From assembly GCF_006345805.1 (NCBI RefSeq), contig NC_043015.1, positions 8,680,001-8,744,000 of the forward strand: a DNA stretch of 64,000 bases, read 5' to 3'. The notes under the pieces are model-generated. The model was not told the origin of the DNA and did not search any database. It saw only the letters and a program-made list of their open reading frames with translations. This DNA is from Octopus sinensis. Its lineage: Eukaryota. Below are positions 25,527-38,209 of this stretch, in pieces (within the stretch, counting starts at the first letter, position 1; each line of letters begins with the position of its first letter). The position numbers and the translations under genes were made by a program.

Positions 25527-25775
25527 TTTTTAAACAAAAGTTGTGTGTCGTGTTTCTTAAACAAACATCAATTTAACCCCTAAAGGAAACAGGCGGAGAA
25601 GACTAACCAGCTCCTTTCTGTCCTGTTTCGTTAAAACGATAAAAACACTCAATATATAACTTTGTGCAACAATAGTAACAGTAACAAACTTTCGTATGTA
25701 ATGCTCAACATTTGCCAATAGACGAACATACAAAAAATCAACAGCAACGACGACTGTTTTATTTTCTCCTCTGAT

Positions 25776-26070
25776 TCTTCTTCTTCTTCCTCTTCTTCTT
25801 CATCTTCTTCTTCTTCTTCTTCATCTTCTTCTTCTTCTTCTTCTTCTTCTTCTTCTTCTTCTTCTTCTTCTTCTTTTTCTTCTTCTACTTCTGCTTCTCC
25901 TTCTTCTTCTTCTCCTTCTTCTTCTTCTTCTTTGTCTTCTTCTCTCCTCTTCTTCTTCTTCTTTTTCTTCTTCTATTTCTTATTCTTCTTCTTCTTCTTC
26001 TTCTTCTTTGTCTTCTTCTCTTCTCTTCTTATTCTTCTTCTTCTTATTATTATTATTCTTCTTCTTCTCA
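25776..26070. repeat. (CTT)n grading into (ATT)n microsatellite
   Basis: Directly visible. Confidence 0.95.
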
Positions 26071-26114
26071 TTCCTCTTCTTGTTATTATCATTGTCATTA
26101 TTATTATTATTATT

Positions 26115-26275
26115 CCACTGACATCCACTTTGCCTTCCATCCCCTCCCACTCGATGAAATAAGTAGAAGTTGATTGCTGGGACAATTTAATCGACTATAC
26201 CCCGCCCTCAAATTTTAGGCCTTGTATCTATACAATAATACTTTCTATACTAGAATTGTATCATTGTTATTATTT
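26115..26275 (+). mobile_element. old 5'-truncated SINE, family A-related
   Basis: CACTTTGCCTTCCATCCC..CGATGAAATAAGTAGAAGTTG...AATCGACTATACCCCGCCCTCAAATTTTAGGCCTTG. Confidence 0.55.
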
Positions 26276-26329
26276 TGCTTTTCAGAGCACTTGGAATTGA
26301 TTGCTCTTGTTGATTCTGTTAGAATGGAA

Positions 26330-27600
26330 TGGCACCAAGCACAGTAGATCGGAGACAGACGTATATTTCATCTCCTGCTTCGGCAGCATGTCGCATCTTT
26401 TATGTAAAAGCCCGATAACAGCAGAAGACTTTCGGGACGTGCTGACTAGCTGCTTAAGGCAGAGACCTCTAGAGCTGGGTGATTTGCCCTTTCATCCTTA
26501 TATGTTCATTTGTCAGAATTCTTCAGTGATCTCTTAGCGTATGTCTACTGTACGAGGCAGATGAACTTGATAGTTCCCAATGCTGTTTAGACGTCGCGTG
26601 GTGGTTCTCCTGAGGAAGGACCCCAACAAATGAGACCAAACTGTTGATTTTAGTCTGATGACTTAGCTATATCCAGATTAGAAGATTTTGGCCAATGTGT
26701 TAGCGAAGTCTTTGGTGCGTGTCCATGAAAACCCTGTTGGTGACACGCACGTATGCGCTATTCTCGACATATCTATTTTCAACAACCTGCATCTCACGCG
26801 TTACACAGACAGGGTAAGTATGGAATATGGAATGATTGGGGCCCCCGACCAATTTGAAGAATGATCCATTCTATTTTTAGTCGGATCGCTGCATTCTACA
26901 GAGATAACTGTTTATTGGTCAAACTCAATGGCCAGTTATCGGAAATCTTCTCTCAGGCCGTTGCTACAGACGCTTGATATTTCCTGAAGCATCCTGTGTG
27001 AAGAAGGATGCAAAATGTTCGTGTCGGCTTATGCAAACGACGCCACTGTAATAATGTCGGATATCACGGATATCGAGGTGTTTCGGCACTACACTAAGAT
27101 AATCCGAAACGGAGACAGGAGTAAAGATTAACCAGGAGAAGTAGCTGGGCCTCATGCTTTACATCTGGAGCGGCAGATCCTTACCGCAAGACAGTGTCGT
27201 GTGGTTCGTGACAAGAGTATCGTTTAAATTATTCGGGCTCTGGTCAGGTCGGGAACTCTCAGTGGACAAGGCTTGGGGCGAGGTGACGACCAGGAGAGTC
27301 ATTCTCACCTACAAATGGCGCATGATAAAGCTCTCCCACAAAGGGTAGACGAACGACTCTCAATCAAGTTAGAGTGATTGCTGCTTTCTGAGGAAGAAAA
27401 AAATTTCGCTTAACCTATAATTTCTGAAATACCTTGGCCTGGCGGAAAAACCAGAGAGATCTACCGTATCGAAGGAAGCTCTATCTGCACGGCAGTGCTG
27501 CCAAACGGACGTGCCTGAGATGTGCACATGGTAATGCATACAATCGTCCAGTAGCTGAGCGTTGCTCGTTTGCAGAGTTCTGTGAACTAGCTGTTGCTGT
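26330..27600 (+). pseudogene. Tx1/L1-clade non-LTR retrotransposon RT relic, heavily deleted
   Basis: PITAEDFRDVLTSC; VVVLLRKDPNK; KILANVLAKSL...CAILDISIFNNLHL; VSAYANDATV (YADD); KINQEK; LAWR...KLYLHGSA..RTCLRC (zf-RVT-like). Confidence 0.8.
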
Positions 27601-28821
27601 GTGTATTGCGAATCTTCTATTCATATCAAGGAACGCCCAACTGCTTTCCTTTCGCGGGGAAGAGAAGGCTGTTTAATTTAAAGAATACATATACATACAC
27701 ACACACACCACACATATATATATATATGTATTATATTATATATATATATATATATATATATTCTATTCTTTTTTGTTATCATCTATTACTTATTATGTAT
27801 TGTGTATTCATTTTGTTATATATGTTTTATAATATATTTATTTTTTCTTTATGATTTGGTTTATGTCTATCAATGTTTGAATTACATAATGGTGGATTTT
27901 CTCCAATTTATATATATTTATATATGCAGCTTATAATAATACATGCGTGTAAATTCATTTTAAGGCATTTTCGTGCACACATTTGCTCTACATAGATTAA
28001 TCCCATATGCTTTTTTTTACTTCTTGTTGATGATATATTCGACATTGTTTCTTCTTTTCAATCGCTTTTGTTGAATTGCTGTTAATGTAATTTCAAGCTA
28101 ATGAGGTTTCTTGCTGTAATTAAATGTCTGCATCTTTCTTCTTGTTTCCCCTGCCTAGATCCTTGATTTCTGATTGAATGTTATAATGTTGTTATTCTAT
28201 TCTTTAAATCTAACTAAGCATCACAATTGTGTATCTCTCCAAATAATTCATAAAATGGAAGGGTAAAGAATGGATTGGCAGCATTTAAAATAAGAAAAGA
28301 TATTCTAAAACAGCTTGCTAAAATATACAAAACATAACCTCATCTATAAACTGTGAAATGAAGAGGAAATAATTAAAGAAGCAACAAAACACAACTTAAT
28401 TATCAAAAATAGATAAACTTAGACAAACAAATTAAATGCAATACTGCACACGCAACTATTTTATCACCGATATATGTAATTATCCTGCACAACATCTACA
28501 GAAATTTGTTATGAAAAATGCAAGAATTTTATGTTTTTCTGGATTTTATTGAAGGTGACGTAGCAACAGTAAATAATCTACATTATTAAAACTACGCATA
28601 ACATATATGTAAATGCGAAGATTTTTACCAGAAAAAAATCTCTAAGCACATTGTAATTAGTAAGCTGAGATTGCGTTGATAGCAGTTACGTGATGATACA
28701 TAATCAAAAATAGTTAACACAGCAGCCGACACACAAATACGGCCATGAATGTGTATATGTATAGTATATGTGTGTGTATATACACGTAGATATAATCCTT
28801 GTATTATATATATATATATAT

Positions 28822-28867
<46 letters not shown>

Positions 28868-29821
28868 GGTGTGAGAGAGTTGGTGTTGATTATATATATA
28901 TATATATTATATATATATAATCCTTGAACTATATATATATATAAGTGTGTGTGTGTATATAATTAAAATAGATGAATTTTATGTGACGGCATGTGTTTAT
29001 TTCCTACATTGCAAAGATCAAGCCACAACCTATAACAAGTGGTATGAGAGTGACAATCACGCATGCGCATCAAAATGAAAAGAGAGTCGGTGAACGTACA
29101 TGCAAGTAACTTTTACAGCTGTCTTCGTTGATGATTGCATGTCGATGCAGCATTGTGTGCAGTTATTCATGTGTAACAGACACTGAAATACAACGGTAGG
29201 TATGCTTTGTTAGTCGAGACAAAGCTTGTATGAATTCACTCCTTTGGACAATGGGAAATGAGCAGGAAAATCAAATGATTGCACATGAGTAAACCGAATG
29301 AACAGCGGTAATGATTACTTCGTCGGATAGATTCTCTCTGTTAAATAGACTTTGTAATTTTGGCAAATTTACTTTTCTTTATGCACTTCTATATATATGT
29401 ATTTAAGTATATTTGTTTGTATTTATAAAGTTTTGTCTAATTTTTTTTTTCTGTCATTTTCAAAGTGTATTATACTTTCCTGTTTGTTTCTTTGCGTTTG
29501 TGAATTTCTTTATTGCACGAATGGATGTGCCGTTTCCTTGCTTGCAATGATAAAAGTGATACTGAGAATAGTAACAAAGCTAATGATCGTAATAGAGTTG
29601 GTGGTTGCCTGAGATTTGAATGTTGCTTGTGAATGATTCAGGTCTAGAATTAAAGCGATCGCTTTGATGGGGTTTCAGATTGAGAGGGAGAGGGTGGTAA
29701 GTGATTAGAAAAGATTAATTAGATTGTAGTAATGAAGTTACTACATTAACTTCAATAACGCTAAAATGCACGTTCAAGCAGTTGTGTGTAGAATACGTGT
29801 AGGCATATATATATATATGTA

Positions 29822-29893
<72 letters not shown>

Positions 29894-30149
29894 GGGGAGG
29901 GGGTATGTGTAGTGGAATCTATGTCCGTTCATAGAATGATCATTGCCTTGCATCTAAAATCCGAAGAGACAAATTTTTCGGCTTTAGAAACTGAAGACAC
30001 GTCTATGGGGTTAAGCTCTTTGTGAATGCGATTGCCATTGGTCATTATATGATCGAACATAGACTATAGTACATGTATAAATACATTACTACTCTATGAT
30101 TTAGAGCATGCTTACGTTTTTCTAAATATCATATATTACAATACATACA

Positions 30150-30193
<44 letters not shown>

Positions 30194-30420
30194 AATAATG
30201 AGGGAGATAAATTAATATTAATTTTAATATCAATTTAAAACCAGTAGTCTAGCATACAAAAAATCTGAGAAATCAGAGGAAAATTCTAATATATGTGTAT
30301 ATTGGCAGGGCAAGACTGCTAGGTAGTCGGCCGTTTGCTAGAAATAGATCATCAACGATCAAACTACAAAGAAAGTTCTCTAGAGGGAAATCAGCGATCA
30401 CCAGAACCAATTTGGCGGTA

Positions 30421-30451
<31 letters not shown>

Positions 30452-30541
30452 ATATATATAATATATACAATCATAAAGAAATGTAAATACTATGTAAATA
30501 GAGGAATGTATCTATAAATATAAAATGTCACAATTAGTTGG

Positions 30542-30616
30542 TTGTCATAATAAAACTCAGAGTTTCGCGTGTCGGAGATGAATTCTGCTCCGGCAACTCA
30601 TCAGTTATTAAAACAA
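30542..30616 (-). ncRNA. type I hammerhead ribozyme motif, near-intact
   Basis: Minus strand ttgttt TAATAA CTGATGA GTTGCCGGAG cagaattcat CTCCGACACGC GAAA CTCTGAG T T TTATTA tgacaa: all core nucleotides present; 6-bp perfect stem I extendable by 5 bp; ~9-bp stem II; palindromic stem III AACTC-T-GAGTT; GUU cleavage triplet. Confidence 0.7.
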
Positions 30617-30755
30617 ACAAAAACGCTATGAAAAAAGGGTTGACTAAAGAGAAATTATTCCATTAGGGGTCGCGAAGGTAAAACGTCGTTCATATAATCT
30701 GCATATGCACATATATACACATATACATACGCGTTCGCACACACACATGTGGGTA

Positions 30756-30786
<31 letters not shown>

Positions 30787-31072
30787 TACTTTATATAACT
30801 AGTGTTCAGCAAAAAAATTGCTTTGCCACATACCGAACTTTTCGAAATAGCAGGCAAATAATTTAGCTATTTATTCTACTATATATATATATAATATATA
30901 TATGATAATAATAAGGGTAAAATTAATTAATTAATTAGTAATTAATAATTTTACCAAGCAGTGGTAAATGTTTAATATATATATATATATATATATTAGG
31001 GAATAAATCCAAACTTACAGGGAAAATTAGATTTAGGATTAAATCCAATTTTATAGTATAAATATATTATAT

Positions 31073-31240
31073 TATATTATATTAATTTAGAGATAAAACC
31101 ACTATTGGGCAAATCAAACAGTGAAAAACATAAGCCAATGCATAAAATTAATTTAAAATTAATTTTAAGTATTGGCTTGTGTTTTTCAGTGTTTGATTTG
31201 CCTAATAGTGGTTTTATCTCTAATTTAATATAATATAATA
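31073..31240. repeat. imperfect palindrome, ~80-bp arms, almost no spacer
   Basis: AGAGATAAAACCACTATTGGGCAAATCAAACAG... mirrored about 31155. Confidence 0.85.
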
Positions 31241-31518
31241 TATATATATATCTTAAATTACAATTACACTACAGCACATTCAAATTTTATAAAGATTTGA
31301 AATATTATACTGAATAGAGAAGTAAGGAAATTTCAAATTATGCGTATATAATTAATCCTGGTCGTATTGATGCACTGTTTTTCTCTTTGCCCGTGTAAAA
31401 ATGTATGTTCACCTTTATGGAGATTCTTACATTAGCAGGAACGGAATTTTTATTTCCTATCTCTAATTTCGATAAGTGGTGAATGCGTTAGCTGAAAACT
31501 TTATATATATATATATAT

Positions 31519-31935
31519 AGGTGCAGGAGTGGCAGTGTGGTAAGTAGCTTGTTTACAGAGCCACATGGTCCCGGGTTCAGTCCCACTGCGTGGCACCTTG
31601 GGCAAGTGTTTTCTACTATAGACACGGGCCGCCCAAAGCCTTGTGAGTGGATTTGGTAGACGGAAACTGAAAGAAGCCCGTCGTTTATATATGTATATAT
31701 ATATGTATGTGTGTGTGTGTGTGTCTGTGTTTGTCCCCTAGCATTGCTTGACAACCGATGCTGGTGTGTTTATGTCCCCGTTACTTAACGGTTCGGCAAA
31801 GAGATCGATATAATAAGTACTGGGCTTAAAAAAGAATAAGTTCCGGGCTCGAGTTGCTCGATTAAAGGCGGTGCTCCAGCATGGCCGCAGTCAAATGACT
31901 GAAACAAGTAAAAGAGTAAAAAGAGTAAGAGAGTA
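31519..31935 (+). mobile_element. SINE family B, full-length and best-preserved copy
   Basis: tRNA-like head, CORE-like box, internal (TA)(TG), 3' body and (AAAGAGT)n tail. Confidence 0.9.
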
Positions 31936-32034
31936 TATATTACTCTCGACGCGTGTACGAATGCAAACACACACGTATAAATATTATATATTAATATATA
32001 TTATATATATATATTATATATATAATGTATATTA

Positions 32035-32079
<45 letters not shown>

Positions 32080-32270
32080 TTATTTTTTTTTCTATATATA
32101 TATTTCTGCATATGTAAACATACATATATACAATACATGCATGTACGCGCATAAACATGTATATATGCCCATGCACGCCTCAATATGTTCATATACATAT
32201 CTTTATACGCACATGCACATACATACGCGGATAGACGTATATACAGATAAAGACACGTACGCAAAATTAT

Positions 32271-32368
32271 AAAGCGTAAAACATTTACATTCACCCCAAA
32301 ACTTGAATATACATATAAATTCATATGTATATTCAAGTTTTGCAGCGAATAGGAATGTTTTACGGTTT
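32271..32368. repeat. imperfect hairpin, ~45-bp arms
   Basis: CAAAACTTGAATATACATAT aaattc ATATGTATATTCAAGTTTTG perfect core with diverged outer arms. Confidence 0.85.
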
Positions 32369-32432
32369 ATGTGCGTGCATGCATGTATTGCATATATTTA
32401 CGTTTACATATGTATAGACATATATATATATA

Positions 32433-32813
32433 TCTATCTATATAAACGGCAGTTTGTCTGTGCGTGTTTCTGTGTGTCTGTTTGCTTGTACCCTCACCCT
32501 GACCACGGCTTTCAACCGATTCTGATGAAACTTGACACACACATAGCCCAATGTCATAATTCAAAACTAACGCAGTGAAAATTTTGAAAAGTTCCCCCAG
32601 TTCTGAAAAAAATCGATAAATTCGACATGGGGTCGAGAATCAGAAACACGAACCACAAACTGTCTAGGGGACGCAACTCCACCTTTTTTAAATCTCAAAA
32701 AAATTTACCATAATTTTTTTCCATTTTTTTGCTATTTTTTGGCTATAACTCTCTAAAAATGCTTTATAGTTATTTCCCTTACAAACCTGAGCAACGCCGG
32801 GCGATACTGCTAG
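32433..32813 (+). mobile_element. non-autonomous Helitron, second subfamily
   Basis: 5' A^TCTATCTATATAAA and 3' CCTGAGCAACGCCGGGCGATACTGCTAG^T; the last ~110 bp are shared with 10702-11097. Confidence 0.85.
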
Positions 32814-32845
<32 letters not shown>

Positions 32846-32866
32846 GTGTGTGTGTGTATTTGTATG

Positions 32867-32909
<43 letters not shown>

Positions 32910-33949
32910 ATGTATGTATGTATATATGTATATGTGATCACTTTTAGAAAATCTTTAACGGCCAGATCATATTGTTTCTCTACTATTTTGTGACATTGTG
33001 ATGCAATTCTGATGAATCTCTAGCCTGAATTATAAAATCACCAATATTGCGCAAATTTTCACAAGGGAAAGTATTCCAATTTTGAATACTCTATTGTGAG
33101 AGAGTTAATAATCGGTGGTTTATGCATGCATTTATTATGACTCTCCACTGTCCAGTACTCAGTTCGTGTTTTCAAGAATTTTATGTAAAACGTATATTGT
33201 ATGCACGATGAACATCTGAAATTTTTCTGAAATCAGATAGCTTAGAATAAAATCTACTGTAATGTACTTTCCATAGTAGCTGGCATATTTATAAGTATAA
33301 TGTTTAGGACAATGAACGTGTTCATGTGATATTTCGGAATATATGAAGTTACGGTTAAGTGATCCCTGGAAAATTAATGAATTCATTGCATCTACATAAC
33401 TGTTGAGATTGCGAGCAGTAACCGAAAATAGAATTATAGAGTAGATGGAAATATTCTTTGATATTTCCAATTATTAATATTTAAAAAAAAAAAACTTATG
33501 GTCGATGTCAGTCGATTACTCTTGTGGGATAATCTTTATTTATGAACGAATGAGAGCAAATAAACGTTACCTTATTTATGGAAAATAATGAGCGTTTATC
33601 TATCACATATACATCCAACGGTTGACGTACCTCAGTGTGGCATGTATTTCCCCTTTTATCTTATGATATACTTCAAACACACACAGTAATGAAAGACGCT
33701 TCCAAATTTTTGGACGTTCAATCCACCATACAACCACATAGATTTTGTTGCTTATGTTTAATATTCTTAATGTTTATTACAGTTAGCAAAATTTATAATA
33801 GCAGTAGGAGTAGTCATAGGGGGGGGGCAGGGAAAAGAGGAAGGTTGGCGGTAATAGAAAGGGAAGGAAACAATGATTCTGGAATTATCTGTATCGATAT
33901 TATTGCTGCTCCCGATTATTATGATCCTAATGTCTCTGTAGGTATTATT

Positions 33950-36300
33950 GCTATTATTATATTCTCTTTATCGCAGGTTTTGTTGGAGCTCATAGAGTCA
34001 TGCATGCATATGCGCTCCGTATCTGCAACCTACGGTACTATACTATTCGTTCTTTTCATCTAATACTTTCCAGGTTATTCTGGCCGTGCAAAGCAGGCAA
34101 ACCTTTTGTAACAATTCTACTGGGCTCTCGATTCCAATTTCCTTTATATTCCTCTTGAGGCCTTCTTCTTCTTCTTTCTTCTTCTTTCTTCTTCTTCTTC
34201 TTCTTCTTCTTTCTTCTTCTTCTTCTTCTTCTTCTTCTTCCTTTTGTTGTTGTTGTTGTTGTTGTTCTTCTTCTTCTTCTTCTTCTTCTTTCTTACTTTT
34301 CTTCTTTTTACTTCTTCTTTTTCTTCTTCTTCGTCTTCTTCTTCTCCTTCTTCTTCTTTCTTCTTCTTCTTTCTTCTTCTTCTCCTTCTTCTTCTTCTTC
34401 TTCTTTTCCGCCTCCCTTTCCTTATTCTTCTCCTCCTCCTCTTCCTTCATCTCGTTCTCCTCCTTCTTCTTTTTCATTCTCACCATCATCATCATCATCA
34501 CCATCTTCTTCGTCTTCTTCTTACGATTATTAATTCTTAGTTTAGAACCATTCTTACCATTCAGTAGCATTCCTTGCGTATATTCCTTTTCATTTTAGAG
34601 TGCTGGATACCATCACCTTCATTGGTTCCCAGATATTTGTATACTTCGGATTGGAATAGCTGCAGCAGTAGCTGCGGATGCCTTTATGAAATTCCCTGCC
34701 TTGAAATTAGCCTTCTCACATTTATCAAGTCCGAAATCCACATCTGGATCAGAGCTGAATTCTTTGATAATATTCAGGAGCTCTTGTAATTCTTTTTCGT
34801 GTTTGGCAAACCGTTTTAGGTCATCCATATAGAGTAGACGGTTAGTTTTCTTATCAAGGATCGTATACCCTCTCTTAGCATTATTCACTTGCGTGGATTA
34901 TGGGAACAGGGCTAAACAGAATAATAATGGTGTTAATAAGTTACTTTGAAAGGTACCACAGGCGACATTGCTGTTTAGTGAGGTGGTATATCCTTGTTTG
35001 TGGATTCAAATGACGGTGGTTCTCCACGAATTCCTGATTACTTTTAATATTTTCACAATTGTTGGAGCTAGCGTGTGAATTTCCTGGGCCTTAAGGATCA
35101 ATGCTCTTTCAAAAGTTGTGCTAAGGATTCTGCGTTTTTATTTGTAATTATCAAAAAACATTTTATCAATCAGTAATGGGTCCTTATATTCAGATGAATT
35201 CCTTTCACACACCTTTTGTTCCACAGGGAACAACTTCATATTGTCCAAGAATTCATAAGCTCTATTCGGTAATATAGACGTTAATAGTTTATATAAGATG
35301 GTGAGGCATTTTATGGATCGGTATTTTTAGGGGTTAGCACTTTATCCTGTCTTTCGTAAGAGATGTGTAATCCCTTCTGTGAGCCATTTTGGATTTCCGC
35401 CGGGTTGGACATGACTTCATTGAATACTACGGCTAAGTTGTAGTTAGTGCTCATTAAAGAGTTCAGCCAAGAATTTGGAATCTTATCTATACCTGGGATT
35501 TCCATTTCTTTGACTTAGCGAACCCCGCTTTCACATCTTCAGGTGTTATATTCTGCCATTCTTGATATTTGGGGTCAGCATGTCCCTGACCCAATGTGCA
35601 TTGTAATTAAACTCCTTTGGATTAATCCAAATGTTTTTCAAAGGTCTCCAATTTGCTGCTGGGGGGAGGTTTTTTCCCAATAATAGCATTTTCCCCAGTT
35701 CCCAGCAGAATTTTTGTGTTCTCCTTGAATCGTATGATTCGTCTATAGAATGCTGGGCGTTTTTTTGTAACTTGAATGTCATCTGGTTTCAATTGTATGT
35801 TTTGTTTAAGGATTTCAAGGTGTGTAACCGTTGTTTTCTTGTAAAGGTCATGTTTAGCAATTGTTTATATTTGTTTGTTCGGTTTATTAGTTTCCCCTTT
35901 GCTTGCTTCAAGTAGAAAATATATATCTGCTCTGAGATTATTTGCCAGTTTATTCTTCCCATCCGTGCAAGCTGTTTGTGAACGTTGCACTTTTTTGTCT
36001 ATCTCTAATTTTGATACCGCGTATCTGGGAAGCAACATAAACGGCTGAGTAAAAGAATTGATCAATCACTCCGAGAGCACTTTCTCTATTCTCAAGGGGT
36101 TGTCGTATCAGCTTTCCAAGTGCTTGATCATCTTCTGTGATTACTTCTCTGTTCTCATTAGCGGAAATGTTGATGTAGTTGTATGAAATATTGTTCTAGC
36201 ATACCATCTAACAGTTCATTGCTGACGTGATTATTTATAATGTTTTTAGTATCAACTGATGGCGCATAAGCGCGCCGGGTTAACTAGTTGACTGATGATT
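33950..36300 (-). pseudogene. R4/Dong-clade LINE relic: N-terminal region and RT (about 36100-34527), an internal deletion occupied by (GAA)n, then the ORF C-terminus and 3' end
   Basis: IPGIDKIPNSWL; RLLYMDDLKRFAK..ELQELL.IIKEFSSD..FGLDKCEK; YKYLGTNEGDGIQH; C-terminal IGIESPVELLQKVCLLCTARITWKVL; decayed (AAT)n tail. The 5' boundary is uncertain. Confidence 0.85.
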
Positions 36301-36682
36301 CCTTTGGTAGGGTTCAGAGGTCCTACGTATCATCACTTCCTGGAGGGTGACGAATTTTATTTTGCGAAGTTTTCAATTAGTTCAGGTCCTCTCCTGTCGC
36401 TTGGTGTCAGATGGCAGTCCGACATAATTCACGTAGCATCGTAGGAAGAGGCAGATATTGAATTGGGAGACAAAGAGAAACAGAGACAAGGACACAAAAG
36501 ACAGAACCAGCATGCAGTCTCCAGGCTACGTCTAGTAGGATAGCGATGGCGTTGGCGGCGACAACGGTGGGAGTGTTAAGGGAATGTATATGTTCTGTCA
36601 GGAGGATGGAAATAATGTCGCAAGAGTGCGTTTGTCTCTAGGCAAATCATAATCATCATTGTTGTTATTGTTATTATTATTT

Positions 36683-36721
<39 letters not shown>

Positions 36722-37409
36722 GACCGTAGCAGCAAAAGTAGCACCGGTAGTAGTACGATAAGGAAGCAAGAGAAGCCTCACACCTTTGCAGGCAGCAGAG
36801 ATCAAACGTACTTACTACTACAGGCGCCCAATGAGAGGGCTGACCTCGGATTGAGAAGAGTCAACTCAACTGTTCTGTTTTAATTACGTATAGAAAAATA
36901 ACAATAATAATATATATACATACACACACACTTTTACATATATACATACAAACACACACACACACACACACATAATACATATACAAACACACACCAGCCT
37001 ACATAAATACATAGGTACTTGTATATAAATTGATATTTACATCGTTCATTTTTTATGCCTTTTTATAGGTTTTGCGTGATTTAGTTTCCTTATATTGGTA
37101 GTATTTATCCCCTAAAGTTTCTAAGTTTTTAAAGGTTATCGTTTGTGTGTTCGGCCAAAGAAAATTGTGGTTATGCAGGTTTTCAACTAAATTTGGAGGA
37201 AATATTTTTGTGCGTTTTTTAGTGTTGTCGGAATAAAGAGTATAGTTTATCATGCGTTTAATAGCGTAATTGCAATAAAAGGTAGGTCTACATATTCGAG
37301 TATTCATGGAAAAAAGAAGAGCAACATTTTTACAAAGAATTATTGTTCTTAAATTGTTTTTTTTTCTGTTTTTCTAATGATGGTAGTTTGTATGTTCGGC
37401 CAGAGTATG

Positions 37410-37652
37410 TATATTGCTTTTTTTTAGGAAATCTCACGTTCAGAAAACAAAAATAATTTGAAAACTTACCTCGTCCACTGACCCACCTCCCTCTTCATTT
37501 TTCACTTTTTCCGGAATTTTTTGTTTTGGGCGAAATACGTAGAAAAATACGAAGATACTATTCTGTAACAAAAATTAGTTGTAAAATTTAATTTCTCAGA
37601 GTAATTATATATAAATATATATAGATATATATATATATATATATTATATATA

Positions 37653-37685
<33 letters not shown>

Positions 37686-37726
37686 ATATATATATATAAC
37701 TATATATATATATATAAATATATATT

Positions 37727-37758
<32 letters not shown>

Positions 37759-37798
37759 TTATGTATATACATATATATAAATATATATATATATAATA

Positions 37799-37841
<43 letters not shown>

Positions 37842-37925
37842 TATATATATATGTATATATATATATATTAATAAATATATATATATTATATATATATTAT
37901 ATATATATTATATATATATATAATG

Positions 37926-37984
<59 letters not shown>

Positions 37985-38004
37985 CAATATATATATATAT
38001 ATAA

Positions 38005-38059
<55 letters not shown>

Positions 38060-38123
38060 ATAATATATATATATATATAAAATATATTATATATAAATAA
38101 TATATATATAATATATATAATAT

Positions 38124-38209
<86 letters not shown>

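Noticed and set aside
36240-36420. HDV-like ribozyme at the Dong 5' end
   Set aside because: I could not build the nested double pseudoknot by eye.
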